Source of the DNA: Candidatus Saccharimonadota bacterium
GTDB lineage: Bacteria > Patescibacteriota > Saccharimonadia > Saccharimonadales > UBA4665
Length of the DNA stretch: 64,000 bases
NCBI GenBank assembly: GCA_027371825.1
Contig: DAHXLE010000012.1
Span: 1,179 to 65,178, forward strand
Direction: 5' to 3'
The notes under the pieces are model-generated. The model saw only the letters and a program-made list of their open reading frames with translations, made no database searches and was not told the DNA's origin. Within the stretch, counting starts at the first letter, position 1. Each line of letters starts with the position of its first letter. The translations under genes were made by a program, and so were the position numbers. Below are positions 28,925 to 38,584 of the stretch, in pieces.

Positions 28925-30832
28925 ATGCCTATATCATCTCAGGAAGTACGAAAAAAATACCTGGAGTTTTTTAAACGCCAAAACCATGAGGTTATCCCAA
29001 GATCACTGTTGGTTCCTCAAAATGACCCGACAACTCTTTTTACCAGCTCGGGTATGCAACCGCTTATTCCCTATCTTTTAGGGCAGGTTCATCCTAACGG
29101 CAAACTCTTAACAAATAGCCAAACATGTTTAAGATCACAAGACATAGAGGAGGTGGGGGATAACCGGCATACCACGTTCTTTGAAATGTTGGGCAATTGG
29201 AGTCTAGGAGACTACTTTAAGCGTGAACAGCTTAATTGGTTCTTTGAATTCCTAACAAGCGAAATTAAGTTAGATCCGAAACGAATCTATGTCAGTTGCT
29301 TTATAGGCAATGAGGAGGCTGGCATACCTAAGGATACCGAAAGTGCCGATATATGGACTCAGATATTCACGTCCGCCGGAATTGATCACGATCAGATAGA
29401 CATAGGAACGGAAGAAAACGGGGCAAGAATTGGAGGAGGCGACAAAAGGATTTCATTCTACGGGGACAAAAACTGGTGGTCTCGCTCCGGTAAAGCCAAG
29501 GATATGCCGGTTGGTGAACCGGGAGGACCGGACAGTGAGGTATTTTATCTCTTTCCTAACGTATTGCATAATCCAGAATACGGAGATAAATGCCACGTTA
29601 ACTGTGACTGCGGACGGTACATCGAGCTAGGTAATTCGGTCTTCATGGAATATCTAAAGACCGAGAGTGGTTTTACGAAACTTCCCAACAAAAACGTCGA
29701 CTATGGGGGTGGTCTTGAACGGATATCTGCGGCTGCAATCGACAGTTCGGATGTTTTTAGGATTTCCCTTCTGTGGCCCATTATACAAAAATTGGAAGAG
29801 TTATCGGGTAAAAAATACGACAGCCATACGGTTGCCATGCGTGTCATAGCCGACCATATAAGGGGAGCAACATTCCTGGCTGCCGACGGAGTAATACCAA
29901 GCAACAAGGAACAGGGTTACGTCATGCGTCGACTAATCCGACGCGCCATACGTTTCGCATTTGAACTGGGGATAGAGCAGAACTTTTTAGAAGATGTCAC
30001 TCGCGTTATACTCGGGCTCTACGGCGAAGATTTTCCCGATGTAAAGCAAAACAGCGAGCACGTCATAGCCACTTTGGCACGCGAAGAAAAAATATTTCGC
30101 CAAACGCTCAAAAAAGGTCTGTTTGAGTTTGACAAGATGTATCTAAAAGGCACTAACGAAGGTCACCAACTTGTTTTAGACGGATATGGCGTATTCAAAC
30201 TTTATGATACCTATGGATTTCCCTGGGAGCTTGTTGTTGAAGAAGCCTATCGACGAGGGGTTGGCGTGACGCCTGAATGGAAGAAAGATTTTGATAATGC
30301 CATGGAAGAACAACGATCGCGCTCTCGTACGGCTACCAGGGGAGAATTTAAAGGCGGATTGGCAGATCATAGTGAAATCAGCACCAAATACCACACCGCT
30401 ACTCACCTTATGTATCGGGCTCTTCGGATGGTACTTGGCGATCACGTAATCCAGAGAGGCAGTAATATAACGGCCGAGAGACTCCGTTTTGACTTCAGCC
30501 ACCCAGAAAAGATGACTTCCGAACAAATTCAAAGAGTAGAAGATATAGTAAACGAACAAATCAAAAAGGACTGGCCGATGAGCTGGCGAGAGGAAAATAC
30601 CAACGAAGCATTAGCAAGCGGAGTCATGGGCGCGTTTGGAGATAGATACGGCGATAGAGTCAAGGTTTATACGGTAGGCGACCCCGAAGGAGAATATTAC
30701 AGCCGAGAAATATGTGGCGGTCCCCACGTTGATCATACCGGGCAACTATCCGACGGAGGCAAAAAGTTTAAAATTATTCACGAAGAGAGCTCTTCGGCAG
30801 GCGTGCGACGCATTAAGGCGGTCCTTAACTAA
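28925..30832 (+). CDS. alaS: alanine--tRNA ligase (catalytic and editing domains, no C-Ala domain)
   Basis: It carries FTSSGMQPLIPY and RHTTFFEMLGNWSLGDYFK. The editing-domain motifs are HTATHLMYRAL and CGGPHV. The ORF ends at 635 aa, right after the editing domain. Confidence 0.93.
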   Translation: MPISSQEVRKKYLEFFKRQNHEVIPRSLLVPQNDPTTLFTSSGMQPLIPYLLGQVHPNGKLLTNSQTCLRSQDIEEVGDNRHTTFFEMLGNWSLGDYFKREQLNWFFEFLTSEIKLDPKRIYVSCFIGNEEAGIPKDTESADIWTQIFTSAGIDHDQIDIGTEENGARIGGGDKRISFYGDKNWWSRSGKAKDMPVGEPGGPDSEVFYLFPNVLHNPEYGDKCHVNCDCGRYIELGNSVFMEYLKTESGFTKLPNKNVDYGGGLERISAAAIDSSDVFRISLLWPIIQKLEELSGKKYDSHTVAMRVIADHIRGATFLAADGVIPSNKEQGYVMRRLIRRAIRFAFELGIEQNFLEDVTRVILGLYGEDFPDVKQNSEHVIATLAREEKIFRQTLKKGLFEFDKMYLKGTNEGHQLVLDGYGVFKLYDTYGFPWELVVEEAYRRGVGVTPEWKKDFDNAMEEQRSRSRTATRGEFKGGLADHSEISTKYHTATHLMYRALRMVLGDHVIQRGSNITAERLRFDFSHPEKMTSEQIQRVEDIVNEQIKKDWPMSWREENTNEALASGVMGAFGDRYGDRVKVYTVGDPEGEYYSREICGGPHVDHTGQLSDGGKKFKIIHEESSSAGVRRIKAVLN

Positions 30833-31131
30833 GAGGCCGATATAACTTATAGTGCCTCCAAAACGTCGGGCGCGATAACATTCATGAAAAATAGTATGAT
30901 TCCCCCAAAGACCTTAAATATAACCTGTATTTATGTTCATTGAGAGCCTAATGACCTGTAGTCCTATACGGTCGTACGATGACTTGACTGGCACGAAACT
31001 TAACAAGCAACTAAGTTTATAGTATGCTCGTAAACATCATAGATTTAACTAGGGTTGACATTTTATTGACACGACAGAGAAAGAATAAAAAACCATCTAT
31101 GGTGACAAAAAACATACAACTAACGGGCATC

Positions 31132-31167
31132 TTAAAGACGGTTTACATGATATAATTAAAGACGGTT
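31132..31167 (+). promoter_or_regulatory. 12-nt perfect direct repeat pair flanking a TATAAT hexamer upstream of the ftsA-like gene
   Basis: TTAAAGACGGTT occurs at 31132-31143 and again at 31156-31167, a 24-nt period. TATAAT lies between the copies at 31151-31156. Confidence 0.3.
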
Positions 31168-31199
31168 ATGTCTATAAAAGAATAATAATTGGTGCTAAA

Positions 31200-32579
31200 T
31201 TGAACGACACAAAAGCAATACTGGATAAATTCAAAACCATCAGCCAAAACCTGGCTAGTATGGCCGCGAAGCACGCCACAAAAGCTGCTCAATCAGCTAA
31301 GCAGAGTGTCGCCCGGAAGGCTAAAACCAGAGCAACAAAAGTAGATAACAGTGAATTCATAGTTGCTCTAGACATCGGGACTGAATTCGTTAAAGCACTT
31401 ATCGGCAAAGTAGGAGACAAGGGTAATGTGGAGATTGTTGGTGTAGGCAGAGTGCACCAAAGTTTAAATGATATGCAGGCTGGAGCTATATCTGACATTG
31501 CCGGTGTGGTAGAAAACTGCGACAAAGCCCTTAAGCAAGCTGAGGATCAGGCGGGTGCCTCGCCGAGGATGGCCGTCATAGGGATCGCCGGTGAGCTGGT
31601 CAAGGGCACAACCACAACCGTTCGGTTTACGCGCAAGAGTTCTGAAAATCCTCTAGATATAGAAGAAGTTGAACGAATAGTCCGACTGGTTCAGGAAAAA
31701 GCCGAAGATCATGCTAAAACTCAGCTTTCACTAGAGCTTGGCGGCAAAACCCCGGATGTTAAGTTGGTAAACTCGGCGCTTGTGAGTATTGACATAGACG
31801 GTTATAAAGTTACCAACCCGATAGGTTTTCAGGGCAAGGAAGTGTTGGTTCAGCTATATACCGCCTTTGCTCCGCTTATTCACATAGGGGCTCTGGAAAA
31901 GACAGCTCAAGAATTAGACCTGGATTTGTTAGCCGTAGCTGCTGAGCCTTTTGCCGTTTCCCGTGGTGTCATTGGCGATGATCCCAACGCTACTATGAGC
32001 GCTATATTAATGGACGTAGGTGGTGGCACTACCGATATCGCCGTTATAGACGAGGGCGGCGTACAAGGTACCAAGATGTTCGGCATAGGCGGCCGGGCTT
32101 ATACCAGAGCCGTCGAAAGAGATTTGGGCGTAGACTTTACCCAGGCTGAACAGTATAAGTTAGCGCTTGGTTCGTCAATGCTATCTCAAAACAAAGTGCC
32201 GGCTGTCGAAAAAGCTTTGCAAAAAACACTCGATGTATGGATAAGTGGAGTCGAATTGGCACTATCGGAATTCGATAAACTTGACCAATTACCCCACCAA
32301 GTTCTTTTGTGTGGCGGCGGATCCAGCCTGGAAATGCTCATGGATGAACTACAAAATACCAGCTGGTATAAAGAGCTCCCCTTTACTCGAAAACCTATGG
32401 TACGACATATAGCACCGGATCAGGTTGTCGGCATTGTCGACTCTACCGGCAAAGCCAATGACCACACCTTTATAACAGCCATGGGACTCTTAAGAGTAGG
32501 GATGGATACTTTGCAACAATCAGGAACATCTCAGACAGATTCAGTCCGCGAGAAGCTAGATAGGATGCTGAGGGTATAA
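31200..32579 (+). CDS. ftsA: FtsA-like actin-family ATPase
   Basis: The phosphate-binding motifs are VALDIGTEFVKALIG and MDVGGGTTDIAVID. It also carries LCGGGSSL. The start is TTG, followed by a basic N-terminal extension of about 50 aa. An alternative ATG lies at 31261. Confidence 0.8.
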   Translation: MNDTKAILDKFKTISQNLASMAAKHATKAAQSAKQSVARKAKTRATKVDNSEFIVALDIGTEFVKALIGKVGDKGNVEIVGVGRVHQSLNDMQAGAISDIAGVVENCDKALKQAEDQAGASPRMAVIGIAGELVKGTTTTVRFTRKSSENPLDIEEVERIVRLVQEKAEDHAKTQLSLELGGKTPDVKLVNSALVSIDIDGYKVTNPIGFQGKEVLVQLYTAFAPLIHIGALEKTAQELDLDLLAVAAEPFAVSRGVIGDDPNATMSAILMDVGGGTTDIAVIDEGGVQGTKMFGIGGRAYTRAVERDLGVDFTQAEQYKLALGSSMLSQNKVPAVEKALQKTLDVWISGVELALSEFDKLDQLPHQVLLCGGGSSLEMLMDELQNTSWYKELPFTRKPMVRHIAPDQVVGIVDSTGKANDHTFITAMGLLRVGMDTLQQSGTSQTDSVREKLDRMLRV

Positions 32580-32584
32580 TAATT

Positions 32585-34357
32585 ATGGCTGAGCCCACCA
32601 GAGAGACCGTTTACGTAGACGTTGATGACGAAATCACGACCATTATAGATAAAGTACATGGCGTGCAGGCTAAAATAGTCGCCTTGGTTCTACCAAAACG
32701 AGCAACCGTGCTACAGAGTAGCGTAAACATGAAATTGCTCAAGAAAGCCGCCGATTCATCTAGAAAAAGAGTAGTGCTAATAAGTAACGAATCGGGGTTG
32801 TTGCCTTTAGCTTCGCTGGTTGGTATGTATGTGGCGTCTTCTCTCCAGTCTAAACCGGAAATACCATCGATCAGTGCCGATCAGACTGATTCGGAGATAG
32901 AAGAAATCGCTGCCGATCCCGAACCTTTGAAGCCCAAAAAAGACTTCAGCCCAAAAACGGTTGCCGATAAGACGGTCGGGGAACTCGCCGACGAAGAGCC
33001 ACTACAGCCACAGACAGCAGCTCAAAAGGCCAAGCCAGAACTTACTCCTATGGCAATCCCGAGGCCTAAAGACAGCGACGAGGAAACTATCGCACTGGAT
33101 GACGTAGGTCCCGATAACGAGGAGATAGCTCAAGATAGCTCGGTGGCCGAAGCGGCTACCAAGCCTAAGAAGAAAGACAAAAAAACGAAAGTCCCGAATT
33201 TCGAACGATTCAGGTTTCGTTTAATCCTCATGATCGTTGTGATAATCCTATTGGTAGTCGGCTTTATTTTTGCTAATTCTATCCTACCGAAAGCTACTAT
33301 AGATATTGCCACAAAAATGACCGGGGTTAGTATTAACCCAACCCTTAATTTAGCTCCCGGTAACAAAAAGTTGGACCTTTCTACTCTCAGCGTGCCGGCT
33401 ACGGTCCAGTCGACTCAAAAAACGGATTCCGGGCAAGTTAATACGACCGGTCAGCAGAATAACGGTAGCGCAGCAACCGGAACGGTTACCATGACCGCTC
33501 AGGAATGCGCCCCCAATATCGGTAATCCGAATGATGTGCCTAAAGGCTCTGGAGTGGTTTCAAACGGCTTAACTTATATTACCCAAAGCAATACCAGTTT
33601 TACTTATGCTGGCGTTGGGGGTGGTAATTGTGTTAACTTTCAAGCCAACCAATCCACTCCCATAATAGCCCAAAACGGTGGTTCTAATTACAATGTTTCA
33701 AACGCAACATTTACGGTGTCCGGCCGCTCCGACGTAACAGCCACCGGATCAGCCACCGGGGGTAGTGATAATATAGTTCAGATAGTTACGCAGACGGACA
33801 TCAATAACGCCACGGCAAAACTCACGGCTCCACCGACCGGACCCATAAAAACAGCTCTGTCGAATAGTCTAAAGCAGGCGGGATTGTATCCCATACCGGC
33901 AACGTTCAATGCTACAACGCCGACTATTACGCAGAGCGCGAATGTAGGTGATCAGGCAACCACCGTGACAGTTACACAGTCTATAACGTATACAATGCTA
34001 GGAGTTAGTACAAATGACATGGATTCTCTAATCACCGCACAGATCGATCCGAAAATTCAGCCTTCCGAGCAAGCTATTACTTCGACCGGTTTGAATAATG
34101 CTTCATTCAATATTATTAGCAACTCCGGCTCAACGGGCGCACAAGTAGCAATGCAGCTTACGGCATCGATCGGGCCTAAGCTTAATATTACTTCAATAAA
34201 GCAACAAATAGCCGGCAAGAAGACCGGTGATGTAGAGAGTTTGATTAATGCCCTACCGGGAGTAACCGGCGTAACGGTCCATTATAGTCCATTCTGGGTG
34301 ACCTCTGTTCCTAATTCTGTAAATAAGATTACTATCCAAGTTCAGAAAAGTTCCTAA
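32585..34357 (+). CDS. bitopic membrane protein, unknown function (cytoplasmic N-domain, acidic linker, TM, large T/S/N/G-rich ectodomain)
   Basis: It is 590 aa. The TM helix is FRLILMIVVIILLVVGFIFANSI, near residue 215. It starts 5 nt after the ftsA-like gene. No family was recognised with confidence. Confidence 0.8.
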   Translation: MAEPTRETVYVDVDDEITTIIDKVHGVQAKIVALVLPKRATVLQSSVNMKLLKKAADSSRKRVVLISNESGLLPLASLVGMYVASSLQSKPEIPSISADQTDSEIEEIAADPEPLKPKKDFSPKTVADKTVGELADEEPLQPQTAAQKAKPELTPMAIPRPKDSDEETIALDDVGPDNEEIAQDSSVAEAATKPKKKDKKTKVPNFERFRFRLILMIVVIILLVVGFIFANSILPKATIDIATKMTGVSINPTLNLAPGNKKLDLSTLSVPATVQSTQKTDSGQVNTTGQQNNGSAATGTVTMTAQECAPNIGNPNDVPKGSGVVSNGLTYITQSNTSFTYAGVGGGNCVNFQANQSTPIIAQNGGSNYNVSNATFTVSGRSDVTATGSATGGSDNIVQIVTQTDINNATAKLTAPPTGPIKTALSNSLKQAGLYPIPATFNATTPTITQSANVGDQATTVTVTQSITYTMLGVSTNDMDSLITAQIDPKIQPSEQAITSTGLNNASFNIISNSGSTGAQVAMQLTASIGPKLNITSIKQQIAGKKTGDVESLINALPGVTGVTVHYSPFWVTSVPNSVNKITIQVQKSS

Positions 34358-34358
34358 A

Positions 34359-34787
34359 GTGGTTTTTATGTCGACAGATGCACATACTAAGATTCTGGGT
34401 CTGGATATAGGCGCTGTCAGGATCGGGGTTGCAATAGCAACTTCGGGAGTCAATATCGCTAGTCCTCTGATGACCATTGACAACTCGGACGAAGTTATAG
34501 ATAAGATAAGGAAATTAATAGAGGACAACCATGTCGACATTGTAGTAGTTGGGCTTCCACGCGGGCTGGAAGGACAAACAACCGCCCAGACCGAATACGT
34601 CCTAGAGTTTATAGATAGATTAACCGCTGCGGGATTAAATATCCGTTCCCAGGACGAGGCTCTAACTTCTGTCAAAGCCGAGGATGAACTAAAGGCACGA
34701 AGAAAAAGGTATAATAAGGAAGACGTTGACGCTTTGGCGGCAACATATATATTAGAAGATTATCTAAACGAACAAGTTAGAGGCTAA
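34359..34787 (+). CDS. ruvX: YqgF/RuvX putative pre-16S rRNA nuclease (Holliday junction resolvase-like)
   Basis: It carries ILGLDIGAVRIGVAIA, VVVGLPRGLEGQ and DEALTSV. The start is either the GTG at 34359 or the ATG at 34368. Confidence 0.88.
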   Translation: MVFMSTDAHTKILGLDIGAVRIGVAIATSGVNIASPLMTIDNSDEVIDKIRKLIEDNHVDIVVVGLPRGLEGQTTAQTEYVLEFIDRLTAAGLNIRSQDEALTSVKAEDELKARRKRYNKEDVDALAATYILEDYLNEQVRG

Positions 34788-34790
34788 TGC

Positions 34791-35864
34791 GTGAAATTGT
34801 TAAGGCGTAGGATCCGATATCATATAGGTCAAATGAGTGGTCGCAGAAGAAGAATGCTAAACTTCGGCGTGTTCGTTGCGTGTGCTTTAGCCATACTCAT
34901 TATTGCCACTATTGTTATCTACCATATATATGACGTTAATCTCGAAGCGCCAAGTACCAGCCAGAAAAGTCAGATAGTGATAATCAAAAGCGGTGAGTCT
35001 GTCAATGCCATTGCCGACCAGCTACACAATGCCAGATTAATTAAGAGTGCTTGGTCGTTTGAATGGTATGTCAGAGCGCAAGGAGTAAGGGGTAATTTGG
35101 AAGCCGGTACGTACTCTTTTACACCGTCACAAGACGTTGAAAGCATTGTAAGTACACTGACTCAAGGAAGGGTGGCCACAAAACTGGTGACTATATTGCC
35201 CGGACAGAGACTGGATCAGATACGGTCGACCTTAATTAATGATGGCTTTACTCCCGCCTCGGTTGATGCAGCGCTTCAGCCCGGGCAATACGCTTCGTTA
35301 CCTGCCCTGGCGGATAAGCCGGCCGGAGCTAACCTGGAGGGGCTACTCTATCCCGACTCATTCCAGAAGGATGCCAACACAAACCCGAAACAGATTATAA
35401 GCGAGTCACTACAGGAGATGGGTAATCACTTGACGCCGTCCTTGCAGGCTGCCTTTGCCAGCGAGGGGTTGACTACTTACCAGGGAATTATTTTGGCTTC
35501 GATAGTTGAGCAGGAGGTGTCAAAGCCTTCCGATCAGGCACAGGCTGCACAGGTATTTTTGTCTCGTCTCAAAGCTAATATGCCTTTAGGTTCGGATGTA
35601 ACAGCCTATTATGGTTCGATAGTGGCCGGCCAAGCACCAAGCCTGACCTATGATTCACCCTACAACACGCTCATACACACGGGACTCCCGCCCACTCCTA
35701 TTAGCAATGTCAACGAACAAGCTTTGAATGCCGTAGCTCATCCTGCCAATACTAACTGGCTGTACTTTGTGACCGGAGATAATGGCACTACATATTTTGA
35801 AACTACCGCTCAGCAGCATCAGCAGGACACAATTAACTATTGCCATAAGCTCTGCTCGCAATAA
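34791..35864 (+). CDS. mltG: endolytic murein transglycosylase MltG (YceG family)
   Basis: It has an N-terminal TM helix. Its motifs include LEAGTYSF, ILASIVEQE, GLPPTPISN and WLYFVTGDNGTTYF. Confidence 0.88.
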   Translation: MKLLRRRIRYHIGQMSGRRRRMLNFGVFVACALAILIIATIVIYHIYDVNLEAPSTSQKSQIVIIKSGESVNAIADQLHNARLIKSAWSFEWYVRAQGVRGNLEAGTYSFTPSQDVESIVSTLTQGRVATKLVTILPGQRLDQIRSTLINDGFTPASVDAALQPGQYASLPALADKPAGANLEGLLYPDSFQKDANTNPKQIISESLQEMGNHLTPSLQAAFASEGLTTYQGIILASIVEQEVSKPSDQAQAAQVFLSRLKANMPLGSDVTAYYGSIVAGQAPSLTYDSPYNTLIHTGLPPTPISNVNEQALNAVAHPANTNWLYFVTGDNGTTYFETTAQQHQQDTINYCHKLCSQ

Positions 35865-36189
35865 CTTCTATTTTATATACCGCTAAATCATAACGGTAGA
35901 TGACCCTAAGTCCTGGTGCTCGTCTTGTACATACTAATCCTTATTTGCTAAACTTTATAATACGTGCGGCGGTAACCGAGCTGGGTAATACCTCTAAAAT
36001 TTGCGTCTTTTTGTCCGAAACTCGGTAAGCATCCATAAAGCACCACAGTGAACATGACAATAAACACGGAGGCTATTTACAATTCGTAGCGTATCACAAG
36101 TTGCCGAAGTCGGACTGGACTTACTCCATCCGAAGCAACAAGCTCGTAAGTGGAAGAGTTGGTTCTATGCAAAGTCTACGCATAGTCGA

Positions 36190-37170
36190 GTGATCAAATG
36201 GTCGCTCGTCATTGCTAACTTCGTGGTTATTTTGGCGGTAACTCTTGTAGTTCTTAATTGGCATTCACAGAATCAGAGTTCCTCGTTGGCCTTGAATCTA
36301 AACGGCTCAGGTAGTGCGGTATCGGGATCGTTGGATCAGCTCTCGTCTGCGGACATAGCCGCCTCACTAGCATCGATAGCTAATATGCCCGAAGCGACGG
36401 CGGCTCGTAACCAGGCCGAAACTGTTGCTGCTCAGCTGGCAGTGCCACCGGCTGAAAGTACGATTGCTGCGGAACCTCAGGTTGTAGCTACGGCTCTTAA
36501 AAGTCGACAAGATATCGCGGACTACGTAGTTAGGCCCGGTGACACGATAAGCTCACTGGCGGTCAAATTTAATGTAACATCAAACAGCATCAAATGGTCA
36601 AACGATCTGGTTACCAACACTCCTCCCGTCGGTACCAAATTAATAATCCCCCCTATTAACGGCATAGTATACACGGTCAAAAGCGGAGATACGGCAGCAA
36701 GCCTTGCGAGCACATATAATTCCAATGCTCAATCGATCACTCAGTTTAACGACGCGGAATTATCCGGTCTTACTCCTGGTGAGCAAATTGTCATACCGAA
36801 CGGTCAGCCCCCGGCAGCACCTGTCTATAGTTTTGCGCCTAGCTATGGGTTTAACGGCTATGATTACGGATTCTGTACTTGGTACGTCGCTAACCAGATT
36901 GCAGTACCGACTAACTGGGGGAACGCCATCAGCTGGGCTTACTATGCGCGGTTGAGCGGCTGGAACGTTTCAACTACTCCCACCGTCGGATCGATCGCCC
37001 AAACTGCGAATGCTGTCGGCGGCGAGGGTCATGTGGCGGTTGTTGACGGAGTAACGGATGGCGGGCAAGAAATTGAATTTAAGGACATGAACGGTTTAGC
37101 TGGCTGGGGGAGGATCGGTCAAAGCGGTTGGGTTCCATCAACAATGTTTCAGTACTATATAACCCATTAA
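36190..37170 (+). CDS. LysM-LysM-CHAP peptidoglycan hydrolase
   Basis: It has an N-terminal TM helix. The two LysM repeats are YVVRPGDTISSLAVKFNV and YTVKSGDTAASLASTYN. The C-terminal CHAP-type motifs are GFCTWYVANQ and GHVAVV. The start is GTG. Confidence 0.88.
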   Translation: MIKWSLVIANFVVILAVTLVVLNWHSQNQSSSLALNLNGSGSAVSGSLDQLSSADIAASLASIANMPEATAARNQAETVAAQLAVPPAESTIAAEPQVVATALKSRQDIADYVVRPGDTISSLAVKFNVTSNSIKWSNDLVTNTPPVGTKLIIPPINGIVYTVKSGDTAASLASTYNSNAQSITQFNDAELSGLTPGEQIVIPNGQPPAAPVYSFAPSYGFNGYDYGFCTWYVANQIAVPTNWGNAISWAYYARLSGWNVSTTPTVGSIAQTANAVGGEGHVAVVDGVTDGGQEIEFKDMNGLAGWGRIGQSGWVPSTMFQYYITH

Positions 37171-37297
37171 AGTTTTACGGGGCGTTGTGCCGATATTACC
37201 GGTGGCAGAGGACAGGATTTTTGAGGTCACCCGGCCGGGTATTAATTCGGTGGTCTGTTAAGAGAAGATCAAAAGATATAAACTATACTTTAGATAT

Positions 37298-38584
37298 ATG
37301 AGTTTCGTAGATAAGGCAGATGTTGAAATTAAGGCCGGCACCGGTGGTAACGGCTGTATAAGTTTTCGCAAGGAAAAATTTATAGATCATGGCGGACCGG
37401 ATGGTGGCGACGGAGGACGTGGTGGTGATGTTATTTTTGAAGCCAATAATAACGAAGATACTCTTGCGAATTTTCGTTATCTTAGAGAGCTGGCGGCTAA
37501 AAACGGAGAATCGGGCGCACACCGTCGCCAGCACGGTAAAAACGGGTCTGATCTAGTGGTAGCGGTACCGACCGGGACAATTATCCTGGGTGACGGCGGT
37601 AAGGTACTAGCCGATCTGTCATCCGATCATTCCAGGGCTGTTATTGCCAAAGGCGGCGACGGCGGGTTTGGAAATGCTCACTTTGTCAGCTCTGTTCGAC
37701 AGGCTCCTAAGATGGCCGAGAAAGGCGAACCGGGAGAAAAACTGCGTGTGACGCTAGAGTTGAAGCTGATAGCTGACGTTGGTCTGGTGGGCCTGCCGAA
37801 TGCCGGAAAGTCAACTTTTCTGAGCGTTGTATCGTCAGCCCGTCCCGAGATAGCCGATTACCCGTTTACCACCCTAACTCCAAATTTAGGTGTCAGTGAT
37901 CTCTCCGGAGGTCCCAGCCTTCTTATAGCCGATATCCCCGGACTCATAGAAGGAGCCGCCGAGGGTAAAGGTCTGGGTGATGAATTCCTCAAACACATTG
38001 AGCGCACTCTTGTAATTATCCATATAATCGATGCCTACAACGATGATGTCGCGAAGGCTTATAAAACCATAGAAGCAGAGCTAAAGGCCTATAGCTCAGA
38101 CTTAACAACTAGACCACAAGTAATAGCTCTCAACAAAACCGAGGGACTCGATACCGATATTATCGAGGATTTGATTAAACAAATAAAAACTGTTGCGCCT
38201 AAATCATCGAAAGTTATGCCAATATCCGCAAAATCTTTAGCAGGGATTAAAACACTTCTTGAGCAAGTAGGGTCTATGGTTATGAATGCTAAAAAAACGC
38301 TAGATAATTATGCCAACGAAACTATTGATCAGATCCCCGTGTTGACGCTTACGGATACAGGCGAAGCGTTTAATGTCGAGAAACGCGGTGACGGCGGCTC
38401 TTATCTAGTTACTGGCAAGAAGATAGAAAAATTTGCGGTTCGTACCAGTCCCGGAAGTGAGCAGGGTATCAGAAGACTTAAAGATATCATGAAAAAGATG
38501 GGTATAACTCATGAGCTTGCTCGTCAAGGTGCAGTTGCCGGGTCGATTATAGATATTGGTGGCATCATCAAGTTCGGACTATGA
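37298..38584 (+). CDS. obg: GTPase Obg/CgtA
   Basis: The Obg fold is FVDKADVEIKAGTGGNGCISFRKEKF with Gly-rich repeats. G1 is GLPNAGKST. It also carries DIPGLIEGA and has a C-terminal OCT-like domain. Confidence 0.95.
   Translation: MSFVDKADVEIKAGTGGNGCISFRKEKFIDHGGPDGGDGGRGGDVIFEANNNEDTLANFRYLRELAAKNGESGAHRRQHGKNGSDLVVAVPTGTIILGDGGKVLADLSSDHSRAVIAKGGDGGFGNAHFVSSVRQAPKMAEKGEPGEKLRVTLELKLIADVGLVGLPNAGKSTFLSVVSSARPEIADYPFTTLTPNLGVSDLSGGPSLLIADIPGLIEGAAEGKGLGDEFLKHIERTLVIIHIIDAYNDDVAKAYKTIEAELKAYSSDLTTRPQVIALNKTEGLDTDIIEDLIKQIKTVAPKSSKVMPISAKSLAGIKTLLEQVGSMVMNAKKTLDNYANETIDQIPVLTLTDTGEAFNVEKRGDGGSYLVTGKKIEKFAVRTSPGSEQGIRRLKDIMKKMGITHELARQGAVAGSIIDIGGIIKFGL

Noticed and set aside
37229-37240. 12-bp perfect palindrome ACCCGGCCGGGT between the CHAP gene and obg as a terminator
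   Set aside because: With no loop it can form only a 4-bp stem with a GGCC loop, and no T-tract follows. It is too weak to call a terminator and there is no repeat of it elsewhere to suggest an operator.
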